Source: a virus
Taxonomy: Duplodnaviria > Caudoviricetes
Length of the DNA: 64,000 bases
Direction: 5' to 3' (one strand)
IMG/VR virus record: IMGVR_UViG_3300028591_000075
Location: 128,001-192,000 of that record
This document shows, piece by piece, positions 55,398-64,000 of this stretch. Numbering within the stretch: position 1 is the first letter of the stretch; the number at the start of each line of letters is the position of its first letter. A program made the translations under genes and the position numbers. A model generated the notes under the pieces. The model made no database searches, was not told where the DNA came from, and was given only the letters and a program-made list of their open reading frames with translations.

Positions 55398-57203
55398 ATG
55401 CGACTACATTTCGTACTCTTAACCAAATGCTACGATGCGTTTGACCTGAAATACTGGTTCGCATACCACCATGCGCGGTTTCCAGCCGCGTCCTTCCACG
55501 TATTCGACAACGATTCCCTGGTCGATGTTCGTCTGGCGATGGGTGACATGCCGTACCATTATACCCACATCTCCGGATTCCCGGACCAGAAGCGCCTGTA
55601 TTCTGATATAATGAACGGCAAATATGGTTCCTTATTCGAGGATGGGGATGCGGTGGCGTTCATCGACGATGACGAGTACCTGTACGTGAGGGATGCCAAT
55701 TCGGGAAAGTTCGTGTTGCCCCTGGAATCGTTGATATCCGAATGTTTCGGGCAGTACGACAGTCTCTGCATTCCCCATATCAACATGTCCAGCCAGGAAC
55801 TCGCCGGAGACCGGGACACCCGGATACCCATGCCGGAAAATTTCACCTATCGCCGAAACGACGGGGCGACAACGGTAAAGTGCATCGTAAAGTATTGCCA
55901 GGGAAAGACATACACATGGAAACGGACTGCAACTGACGGTGCCGGGCACGTACCGTACGTGAACGGCAGGCGCAATGCCGCAGTGTTTACAGGCTGGTTC
56001 CCGAAGGATGCTTCCGGGAACATCGTACCCGACCGAATCGAGACCCTGAGCTTCCCGTTGCATGATTCCATAGCCGCGGTCGACTATTCCAGCAACGTCA
56101 GGCTGTACCATTACCACATCAAGAGCCGGTGGGACTGGGACCAGAAGATAGCACGCGGATCATGTTCCAGCGTGGTCCCCTGGTATGCCGACGAGATAGA
56201 GAAGAACATATTCTACGGAAATTATGACATACCCGACGGCGACATGAAGGCCGAATACTTGCGGGTGGCCGGTAAGGGGGATACCGTGACCGGAAGCCGG
56301 GAGCATGACCGGTGGTACGACATTCACGAGAATGACACGGTGACAAGGAAGCACAACTTCACCGATACCGGCAAGGTCACCTACGAAACCATACGGTTTG
56401 CCGCCACGTTTGACGAGAAGATAGCGCTGGGCAAGAAGTGGATATCGGAAAATGCCCCGCACATATCGCTTGATGAACCCAAGAATATATGCGACTGGAT
56501 AAATTTTTACAAGTTTAACGACCTGAATCCGCAAAAGGTCGCCTGGACCGACAAGTGCGCGGTCTACAAGGAGCTGTATGACCTTGGACTTGAAAACCTG
56601 CGCATGCCCGTGATGTACGAGCGATACAAGCCGAGCGATGTCGATATCGTCGAAGCGCTGCGGATGTGCCGAAATAATGACTGTATATTGAAATGCAACC
56701 ACGGTTCGGGTTTCAACATCAGGTTCAAGGCTGGGGATTCTATAAACGAGGAGTACCTGGCGAAGAAAATACGCGGGTGGCTTGACACCAACTATGCCTA
56801 CGTGGCCGGATACGAGTGGCAATACGAACCCATAGTGCCGGCGATCCTGGTGCAGCCGACTGTATCGGCGGCCACGCCGGTGGATTACCAGTTTTTCTGC
56901 CTGGATGGAGAGGTGGTTGCCGTGGAACTGCAGCGCAAGGTAAGCAAGGTGCTCATAACACACATCGCGTTCGTCGATACGGACGGGAACGACCTTGACT
57001 GGTATATCGGTGGGACCCCATTGCAGCGTAATTTGTCCACTGAACAGCGAAATGCCATGGAACACATGCTCCCGGCTGTACGCGAAATATCTAAACTATT
57101 TAAGTTCGTCCGGGTTGACATGCTGTGGACCGGTCACAGGGGTTATTTCTGCGAGACGACATTCTGCCCCTGTTCAGGGGTGCTGGACTACGTCAAAAGG
57201 TAA
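55398..57203 (+). CDS. GT92/GT2_4-like glycosyltransferase fused to TupA-like ATP-grasp ligase
   Basis: N-terminal W..YH.......VFDNDS, FIDDDEY, KCIV, LYHYHIKS; C-terminal LKCNHGSG, DYQFFC.DG, FVRVD, ETTFCP.SG. Confidence 0.9.
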   Translation: MRLHFVLLTKCYDAFDLKYWFAYHHARFPAASFHVFDNDSLVDVRLAMGDMPYHYTHISGFPDQKRLYSDIMNGKYGSLFEDGDAVAFIDDDEYLYVRDANSGKFVLPLESLISECFGQYDSLCIPHINMSSQELAGDRDTRIPMPENFTYRRNDGATTVKCIVKYCQGKTYTWKRTATDGAGHVPYVNGRRNAAVFTGWFPKDASGNIVPDRIETLSFPLHDSIAAVDYSSNVRLYHYHIKSRWDWDQKIARGSCSSVVPWYADEIEKNIFYGNYDIPDGDMKAEYLRVAGKGDTVTGSREHDRWYDIHENDTVTRKHNFTDTGKVTYETIRFAATFDEKIALGKKWISENAPHISLDEPKNICDWINFYKFNDLNPQKVAWTDKCAVYKELYDLGLENLRMPVMYERYKPSDVDIVEALRMCRNNDCILKCNHGSGFNIRFKAGDSINEEYLAKKIRGWLDTNYAYVAGYEWQYEPIVPAILVQPTVSAATPVDYQFFCLDGEVVAVELQRKVSKVLITHIAFVDTDGNDLDWYIGGTPLQRNLSTEQRNAMEHMLPAVREISKLFKFVRVDMLWTGHRGYFCETTFCPCSGVLDYVKR

Positions 57204-57229
57204 TTAAAAGTTTACAAGAGGTGAAAACT

Positions 57230-57772
57230 ATGAATGAACAGATTCTCAAAGTAAGTGACCAGATTCTTACCGGTCGCGACATCATCATGCTCTTCGAGTG
57301 GTGCGCCAGCCGTCTCGACAAGGAATGCAGCGATTCCGTCGTCGGCATCCTGACCCTGAGCAACGTCATGCTCATGGACGGAACGTACAAGGAGCTCACC
57401 GGAAAACTGTATGACGAGCGCAGGGACCCGAAATGGTCCGATTGGTTGCGTGCCGAGCAGGGCATTGCCGAAAAATACGGCGACCGCGACAACAACGGAA
57501 ACGTCAAGCGCGATTCCATGGGCAGGGTGATGATCAATGAGCAGATGCTCGAAGCCACCAAGGAACTTGATGCGCTGAAAGCCGGGGAGTTCAAGGAACT
57601 GTGGGACGCCATCGAGGCCGGGCACAAGAAGAACGAAGAGCTCCTGGACGCGACCTATCCGGTGAAAGTCTGCGGCACATCGGACTGGGATATCAAGATT
57701 GCCGGGGCTACCCCGCACATTTTTGGCATCCTGCTGCATGATAGGTTGCTGGAATTGACCAATCCACAGTAA
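57230..57772 (+). CDS. Acidic helical protein, DUF1617-like; paralogue of 39457..39951
   Basis: D.KW......E..I.EKY.DRD..G...ELL...Y.V; GAGGTG SD. Confidence 0.6.
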   Translation: MNEQILKVSDQILTGRDIIMLFEWCASRLDKECSDSVVGILTLSNVMLMDGTYKELTGKLYDERRDPKWSDWLRAEQGIAEKYGDRDNNGNVKRDSMGRVMINEQMLEATKELDALKAGEFKELWDAIEAGHKKNEELLDATYPVKVCGTSDWDIKIAGATPHIFGILLHDRLLELTNPQ

Positions 57773-57833
57773 TTGTGTGAGTTCAGCCGTATTCATTCCG
57801 GCTGTCGGCTTTGTCCCGGCAGCCGGTTAATTA

Positions 57834-57841
57834 TATAAACT
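57834..57841 (+). promoter_or_regulatory. Late promoter TATAAACT
   Basis: Exact motif after a GC-rich hairpin at about 57797-57826. Confidence 0.8.
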
Positions 57842-57850
57842 GCTGTGAAA

Positions 57851-60800
57851 ATGGCAATACTGGTTAGCGCAATGGACAATAAAACGATTATTGGTTATGA
57901 AATCCTCGCCAAAAGGGCTATTGAAACCGAGAGCGGAATAAACATAGATGACGCGCTTAGCCGGATAACTGCATTCCGGGTTGTCCGAGGTGAAGGTGAA
58001 GACCATCATCCGTCTTCCGATGTCACCGTTTCTACGAAGATTCTCTACTATACGAAGACCGACAAGGGATATATCGCATGGATTTGGGTAGACGGCGAAG
58101 GATGGGTATCTGCCGGTGGAGTATCCAATGAGTCCTGGAAGGCATGGTCCGAAGAACATGGCAGTTCTGCCGCCAACGAAGATTCCGTGTATATCGGTGA
58201 AAATCTGACTGCGGAGGGAGAGTTTCCATCCTATCAGTTTGGCCACGATAACGTCGTAGATGGAGAAGTGCCGGAATTTGTCGAGCCGCAGGAGATTGTC
58301 TCCATGAATATCGGTGCCATGAACACCGTTCATGGCGAAGGTATCAATATCGGTAAGAAGAACACTACCGATACATTCGGTATCACGATCGGACAGAGAA
58401 ACGTTTCCCATGGTGCCGGTATTGCCATCGGTGAGGACTTGACTGTCGACAACGGTTCGATCGGCATTGGAAAGCGGATGCGCCTTGAATCCGGTTCTTA
58501 TGCAATAGGATCCAATCCTACCGATTTTCGCGTTGGCTATGGCAGCCACCTGTTTGGTTCGAATAACTCTGGACTTTTAGACAATGGCTCATATCTATTC
58601 GGTGGTCAAAATAACCTACAGTCAACGTATGGTTCCATCATTGCTGGCCTGTCAAACCAGATATTATACAGTTCCGCCGGTGGCATCAGTATATTTGGGT
58701 GCCATAACATAATCGGTAATGGGGACTATCCATCCGGTTCTGTTGCGCTGGGTAATTATCATGATATCAAAGGATCGTCCTCGGTATCACTGGGGATTGC
58801 CGCCGGTTCAAAGAACTGCTCCATAGCCATATCCGCAAAGGGTACGAATTCTGAATTGGGTTCGTTTGCCGACACTGGGTCTATCGCTATCGGTAATCGT
58901 GGCGTATACGCATATTATGGTTCGGCCTCCATGGGTACTGACGGCGTAGCCGCCCATGATCACTCGGTTTCTATAGGAAATGGCGGTGTACATACCTACA
59001 ATTATAGCTTTGCCTTCGGAACGAGGGTAACTGCGCATTCATACTCCATGGCTCTTGGCATGGACGGCTGCTATGCATTCGAACAATCGATTTCAGTTGG
59101 TAGAAGTGGTTCCACTGCCTTAGACCGCTCTATGGTATTCGGGCGAGATGGCGTATTTGGCTTCTATAGAGGTATTGTTGTTGGCCATACCGGAGCTTCG
59201 GCAATGTACCATGCTCTGGCCATAGGTATAGAGAACGTAAAGGGTAAATACAATTCGGTGGCGGTTGGCCGTGCTGGCGTATATGCAACGGAGGGGTCAG
59301 TATCGGTCGGTAATGGTGGATATGCCAGAGCTGGCAGTATGTCACTTCTCAATGTACCGAATGCAGGTTCGTTCTCATACAAGACCGAAGCATGGAATTC
59401 CCTGGAAAAGCTGGCACTATTCTTGTTTAGAAGCAAGGATGGGACACAAGGCTACGTGGATGTGAAACTTACCGGTGTCCAATTTAATTCTGGAACGTAC
59501 ACAGTAACAAGTACAGGCAACCAGTATAGCGAGACAAGATATCTACCATTTAACTCCCTAGGGGTCGCCATCCGTGGTCACATTGATGAACATGGGAATA
59601 TTGTACCTTTCTACATACCGATGACTACGGAAATGGAATCGGTAACTATACCCGATGGCTGGGTGAATGTATCTTGGGGAGATACCTACAATGATACCGT
59701 CAGCGTTGATACTAACGTAACTCCAGATAAGGTAGGGTTTGGTGCAATAAATGGTTCTCTCGTTATGGGAAATGGGGTAACCCTCGCCAGCGGCGGTTCG
59801 GTTGCAATTTCTAAGCGCAAGTCTACGGAAGGATATTTCCAGTACAGTGTTTCCAATGTAGCTAATAATGCTATTTCGATATTAGTAAGAACGGGGACGA
59901 CATCAGATAATTCTTATACTCCGATATCCAGATTTTCGGCATCTGCTACGAATTCGTCGATTGCATTTGGTACAGGAGTTAAGGCAAATGATGAATCGAC
60001 TGTCATAGGTCTCGACTCGTATGCTAATCGTGGTAGCCTGGCTATTGGGTATGGTCTGTGGAATCCGGGTACGCCGGTTGGTACAGCTATCGATGATTCG
60101 CTCCTGATATCAACTGTGGGTTATCCAAGTGATGGAGTGAAAACACGAGGTAGTTCCTGGGGAACATCGATAGCGATAGGAAACGGCCCTGTTGCCACAA
60201 GTGCTTCACAGAGTATAGGAATCTGCACAAAGGCCGAATCCAAATCAGTTTCTATCGGTTATTACAGTAGGTCATCCAACGAATCTATCGCCATCGGTGA
60301 CGACAATGAAACCGGTCTGAACGCATTTGCCATCGGTACGAAGAACCTGTCTTACGGTTGGTCCATGCTGTTCGGTGTAGATAACAAGACTCCGCGTGAA
60401 CGTGGCGCCCATGCTACACTCATTGGCTACAACAACACGTCTACCAGCAACATCGAGAAGCTGGAAAAGGAATATGATGTATGGACCAGTGAACCATATG
60501 TAATCACGGATGCAGACCGTAGCACTATGGATGGCTACGCTAATACTATTACCGGCATCGTGGGACAATACCTAGGTTCATCCGCTGGAACTACGCTGTC
60601 CAACTACTTGAGTGCATACAAATCATACTATTACGGCAATGGTACTGCGCCGGCATACACGTCGGAAATAGAAACAATATTCAATAGCTTGATTACGAAT
60701 CCCGTGTTCATAATGACCGAGGAAGACAAAGCCGCCTACCTGGATGTATATTACAGGGAGGATCCGACCTATACATACTCATGGGAATTTGTTAAGGGTG

Positions 60801-63800
60801 CATATCTGGACCTTTTCGAAATCATTAAGAAGTACGATTCATCGGCTACATCTGCATACAATGCTTTGAGGACTGTATCCAGTGAAAGCGACCTGCGGGG
60901 AGTATATTACAACTATCCTGTGAATAGTTATGTTAATACATTCTACCAATGCGCAACGTTCGAAGGTACTCCTACCACTTCTGCAATTACCGATGCATCC
61001 GACCAGGCGGCGTACAATTCGGCAAGCATGTCCTTCACGTCTTATGGGTCCATGCTATTGTCCAAAATCAACAATCCTACCGGACATTATGAGACAGTAA
61101 CTGAAGATATCATTTGCAACACGGTTGTGTTTGGCGAAGGCAATACGTCCAATCACTACAACAGCATATTGATTGGTAGTGGAAACATTTCCCGCGCTCC
61201 GGATGAGGAAGTTGCCAATACGGATGATGATGGTTTCGTGGTGGCACTCGGGCGGAAGAACGAGGTACTTCGCAACTATGATATCGCCATAGGCTGCAAG
61301 TCGAAGGCGCTTGGTGGCGAGAACGTAGCCATACAGCACTCCACCGCCGGTGATGGGAATGCTTCCTATCATAACCTTGCCATGTTCGACTCTACCGCAC
61401 TCGGCACCGGCAACACTGCAATTCAGCAGAGTTTTGTTGACAGCGGGTATAATAACATAGCCGCCCTACAGAGTCACGTGAACGGAGGAACATACAACCT
61501 TGCCCTGTTTGGTTCCCAAGTTGCGGGTGACCAGAACATAGCATTGATGGGTTCAAAGATTACGGCATCTACCAATACCGAGAAAGGGGACGACCCGTTC
61601 CCCAGGGCACATCAGAACTGCCTGTTTGATTCTACATTGAACCAAGGCGACCTTCCAACTGACGCTCCGTGGGCAAATTATGAAATAGAGAAGAAGTCGT
61701 CCGAGTCGAATTTACTTATTGACACGGACATAAATATTGCTGCGCAATCATTCTCTCGAAACCTTGTGATAGGACGTAACAAACACGAGTACCATGACGC
61801 CACGGTAAACTGGGAAGTATTGAATTTTGTTGACAACATCATTACCGGGTTGAATAGTCAGGTTGAGCCTACACTTGCGTTAAATTACATTCAAAACGTA
61901 ACCCATAATATCTGGTTGAACTGCGAATATGATTTGACTGGTATCGAGGTACTTAATAGTAATTTCGCATTTGCTTCGGAATTAAAGCAAGTGGGCACTA
62001 CCAGCGGGTCAAGCGCGTATCCAGATATGCGCACAAAGTACCTCGGTAACTTTATATTCAGGTCAAAAACGGAAGGAACGGGCGCAGAGATAAATGACAA
62101 CGTACTGTTCTATGATTCTGTCTTAAGAACTAATACGCCAAATGTCGGTGACCATGCGACGTTGGCCGGTAACTTCTTGATGCATTCTGAGCTCTCTTAT
62201 GATAGCAGCGATGTAGATAAGGTACCTGTATTCAACTTCCAGTATAATTCCGACTTTGTAAATACTCAGCAGTCATTCAGCTTCTCGACAAATACCGTCC
62301 CACGAGAGGAATACTATCTCGCGAATGCATATGGTCCTGCTAATCTGATGTATTGTAACCAGTCCTGGAACTTTGGCGGAAATCACCTTGACTTCTGTAC
62401 TCAGTCGTTGATGGTGGGTGCCGATTCCGCAATGAGCAACTGTAACAGGTGTTACACGTTCGGTGCTAAGAATAATATGTTTATGCCAGTTACTGACGCA
62501 GATGGGTGGCATGCGCTGCATAATGATCTTATTGTTGGTGAAACAAATAGGTTATTATATGATTTCAACACAAATGATGATTCTAGTAACCGGCTGTATG
62601 GAACCGATAATCTTCTTAGTGTTCATGGCGGAGGCTTCGCATTCAATAATCTCATAGATGGCACAGAAAACACAATTGAGATATTTAATGCACGGGTTGG
62701 TGCCAACACGATACGTGGCGAACGCAACAGGATGTATCTGACCTTCAATGAAGCCAGTAGTTCCGGTGATCGTGATGTAAATAAAGAGAACGTGTTGCTT
62801 GGTAGTTCTAACCTCATATCAGCCGATAGTAGAATTGGGCGTGTCGTTCTTACTGAGAATCAGGTGGCAAATGGCATTGTGGTTGATTGTCCAAAATTTG
62901 TGCCCGCAACGACTTTCTCGTGGTATGTCTACAAGGGCCCCAAGATGTCAATCTCCAACAATGGCTATTACCTCTACGTGAGAAGACTAGGCACCATAGT
63001 TTCCACCCGTCTCCCATCCGGGGCGACAATAGTGGCAGCATTGGTACCTGGTGACCTTGTGGATGGTGTGAACAATGGCACGTTGGTAGATAATGGATAC
63101 TACAAGGCTACTGGCGATTTGGCTAACATTGAATTGCCGAATATCAGTTACGAGGCGTTGGACGCTGATTATCTATATTCATTACAAAACGGAGTTGCAT
63201 ATCTTGGGGAGAAAAGTGACCCTCATGAATCGAACCAGCCGGCTCACCTGGTAGACCATAACCTACTCGTCGGAAGCTACAACCTAGTACACTCCAATAC
63301 AGTATATTATACTCTCCTGGGGTGTTTTAACGAAGTTAGGTGCACGGACATTCCGTATCCCAGTTTTGCATATGGCCATGGCTTTGTATGCGGTAACAAC
63401 AACCAGGTTGAAAACGGTTCCAACATCCTATGCTTTGGTAACGGTAACTATTCAACCGGGTTCAACTCCGTTGCAATTGGAATGAACCTGAAGTCCAACA
63501 AGTGGCAGACGGTAATCGGGAAGTATAACGTGCCCATCGAAGGTCCAAACAGGTTGGACATCGAAAACCCACAGGATCCTAATGCCGCATTGTTTATAAT
63601 CGGTAACGGTTTCAGTGAGAAGGATGACGATGATTGGCAAGATGAGCAGTACATTACGCGCTCGAACGCTATGGTTGTCTATGCCGATGGTACCGTCAGG
63701 GCCAAGAAGTTCGTATCTGACGAACCTGAACTAGAACTGATCAAGGGTACCGGAATCGAGATGACCGATGACATCACCGCCGGTACGAGGACGATATCCG

Positions 63801-63922
63801 TATCTCAGGAAATTCAGGACCTCCTCACGTTCCTGTCCAGTAGGCCGGCAACCGGAACTTACACTATAAATTCAACGGATGGGGTACTTACGTGGGAACC
63901 TATCGGGATTACGCAGGTATAA
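57851..63922 (+). CDS. Giant tail fibre/adhesin with YadA-like beta-roll repeats
   Basis: Extensive SIAIG/S.S.G repeats; C-terminal QTVIGKYN...LFIIGNG...RSNAMVV..DG. Confidence 0.8.
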   Translation: MAILVSAMDNKTIIGYEILAKRAIETESGINIDDALSRITAFRVVRGEGEDHHPSSDVTVSTKILYYTKTDKGYIAWIWVDGEGWVSAGGVSNESWKAWSEEHGSSAANEDSVYIGENLTAEGEFPSYQFGHDNVVDGEVPEFVEPQEIVSMNIGAMNTVHGEGINIGKKNTTDTFGITIGQRNVSHGAGIAIGEDLTVDNGSIGIGKRMRLESGSYAIGSNPTDFRVGYGSHLFGSNNSGLLDNGSYLFGGQNNLQSTYGSIIAGLSNQILYSSAGGISIFGCHNIIGNGDYPSGSVALGNYHDIKGSSSVSLGIAAGSKNCSIAISAKGTNSELGSFADTGSIAIGNRGVYAYYGSASMGTDGVAAHDHSVSIGNGGVHTYNYSFAFGTRVTAHSYSMALGMDGCYAFEQSISVGRSGSTALDRSMVFGRDGVFGFYRGIVVGHTGASAMYHALAIGIENVKGKYNSVAVGRAGVYATEGSVSVGNGGYARAGSMSLLNVPNAGSFSYKTEAWNSLEKLALFLFRSKDGTQGYVDVKLTGVQFNSGTYTVTSTGNQYSETRYLPFNSLGVAIRGHIDEHGNIVPFYIPMTTEMESVTIPDGWVNVSWGDTYNDTVSVDTNVTPDKVGFGAINGSLVMGNGVTLASGGSVAISKRKSTEGYFQYSVSNVANNAISILVRTGTTSDNSYTPISRFSASATNSSIAFGTGVKANDESTVIGLDSYANRGSLAIGYGLWNPGTPVGTAIDDSLLISTVGYPSDGVKTRGSSWGTSIAIGNGPVATSASQSIGICTKAESKSVSIGYYSRSSNESIAIGDDNETGLNAFAIGTKNLSYGWSMLFGVDNKTPRERGAHATLIGYNNTSTSNIEKLEKEYDVWTSEPYVITDADRSTMDGYANTITGIVGQYLGSSAGTTLSNYLSAYKSYYYGNGTAPAYTSEIETIFNSLITNPVFIMTEEDKAAYLDVYYREDPTYTYSWEFVKGAYLDLFEIIKKYDSSATSAYNALRTVSSESDLRGVYYNYPVNSYVNTFYQCATFEGTPTTSAITDASDQAAYNSASMSFTSYGSMLLSKINNPTGHYETVTEDIICNTVVFGEGNTSNHYNSILIGSGNISRAPDEEVANTDDDGFVVALGRKNEVLRNYDIAIGCKSKALGGENVAIQHSTAGDGNASYHNLAMFDSTALGTGNTAIQQSFVDSGYNNIAALQSHVNGGTYNLALFGSQVAGDQNIALMGSKITASTNTEKGDDPFPRAHQNCLFDSTLNQGDLPTDAPWANYEIEKKSSESNLLIDTDINIAAQSFSRNLVIGRNKHEYHDATVNWEVLNFVDNIITGLNSQVEPTLALNYIQNVTHNIWLNCEYDLTGIEVLNSNFAFASELKQVGTTSGSSAYPDMRTKYLGNFIFRSKTEGTGAEINDNVLFYDSVLRTNTPNVGDHATLAGNFLMHSELSYDSSDVDKVPVFNFQYNSDFVNTQQSFSFSTNTVPREEYYLANAYGPANLMYCNQSWNFGGNHLDFCTQSLMVGADSAMSNCNRCYTFGAKNNMFMPVTDADGWHALHNDLIVGETNRLLYDFNTNDDSSNRLYGTDNLLSVHGGGFAFNNLIDGTENTIEIFNARVGANTIRGERNRMYLTFNEASSSGDRDVNKENVLLGSSNLISADSRIGRVVLTENQVANGIVVDCPKFVPATTFSWYVYKGPKMSISNNGYYLYVRRLGTIVSTRLPSGATIVAALVPGDLVDGVNNGTLVDNGYYKATGDLANIELPNISYEALDADYLYSLQNGVAYLGEKSDPHESNQPAHLVDHNLLVGSYNLVHSNTVYYTLLGCFNEVRCTDIPYPSFAYGHGFVCGNNNQVENGSNILCFGNGNYSTGFNSVAIGMNLKSNKWQTVIGKYNVPIEGPNRLDIENPQDPNAALFIIGNGFSEKDDDDWQDEQYITRSNAMVVYADGTVRAKKFVSDEPELELIKGTGIEMTDDITAGTRTISVSQEIQDLLTFLSSRPATGTYTINSTDGVLTWEPIGITQV

Positions 63923-63923
63923 T

Positions 63924-64000
63924 ATGACGACAAAAGTAAATCTAGTAGCAAGCGTAAACGCTGATACATGCAAGGTTACCATCAACAACAAGAGTCGGTG
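63924..64000 (+). CDS. Start of the next gene (truncated)
   Basis: ATG 1 nt after the fibre stop; frame open to the window end. Confidence 0.5.
   Translation, partial: MTTKVNLVASVNADTCKVTINNKSR

Noticed and set aside
50827-63922. Diversity-generating retroelement acting on adhesins
   Set aside because: No reverse transcriptase and no adenine-specific TR/VR pair seen in this window; repeats are degenerate at the DNA level
1-64000. Stop-codon reassignment, as in some gut jumbo phages
   Set aside because: Core genes are full length in code 11, and TAG, TGA and TAA all end genes at sensible positions

Overview
The window is a 64-kb segment of a large T4-like (jumbo-type) myophage genome, read in the standard genetic code; it is densely coding and mostly on the + strand. 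Recognisable core genes are PhoH, a holin-like protein, gp67-like core, gp21 prohead protease, gp22-like scaffold (no major capsid or portal gene here), gp55-type late sigma factor, gp15 tail terminator, gp13/gp14 neck proteins and gp6/gp7 baseplate wedge. A ~30-kb block of giant fibre/adhesin genes follows (YadA-like beta-roll and DUF285/BspA-like repeats). Accessory genes include Hsp20, a Dps/ferritin-like protein, a SprT-like protease, a GNAT and a degenerate 2H-phosphoesterase fusion. Three glycosyltransferase genes and a radical SAM gene are interleaved with the fibre genes; one of the glycosyltransferases is fused to a TupA-like ATP-grasp domain. Main observations read from the sequence: (1) a recurring late promoter TATAA(A/G)CT, including one palindromic bidirectional copy; (2) a second TAnnTTT/TAGTTT promoter class ahead of gp55 and most glycan-enzyme units; (3) a consensus sigma-54 promoter ahead of hsp20; (4) a shared ~30-aa leader ending in hydrophobic-x-Glu on several late-promoter genes, suggesting gp21-processed, head-packaged proteins; (5) a candidate virion/fibre glycosylation and glycan-tailoring system; (6) a set of prion-like disordered proteins; (7) a structured late leader that may be an attenuator or sRNA. 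No tRNA, CRISPR array, intron, intein, reverse transcriptase or integrase was seen. All family assignments come from motif recognition by eye, not database searches.
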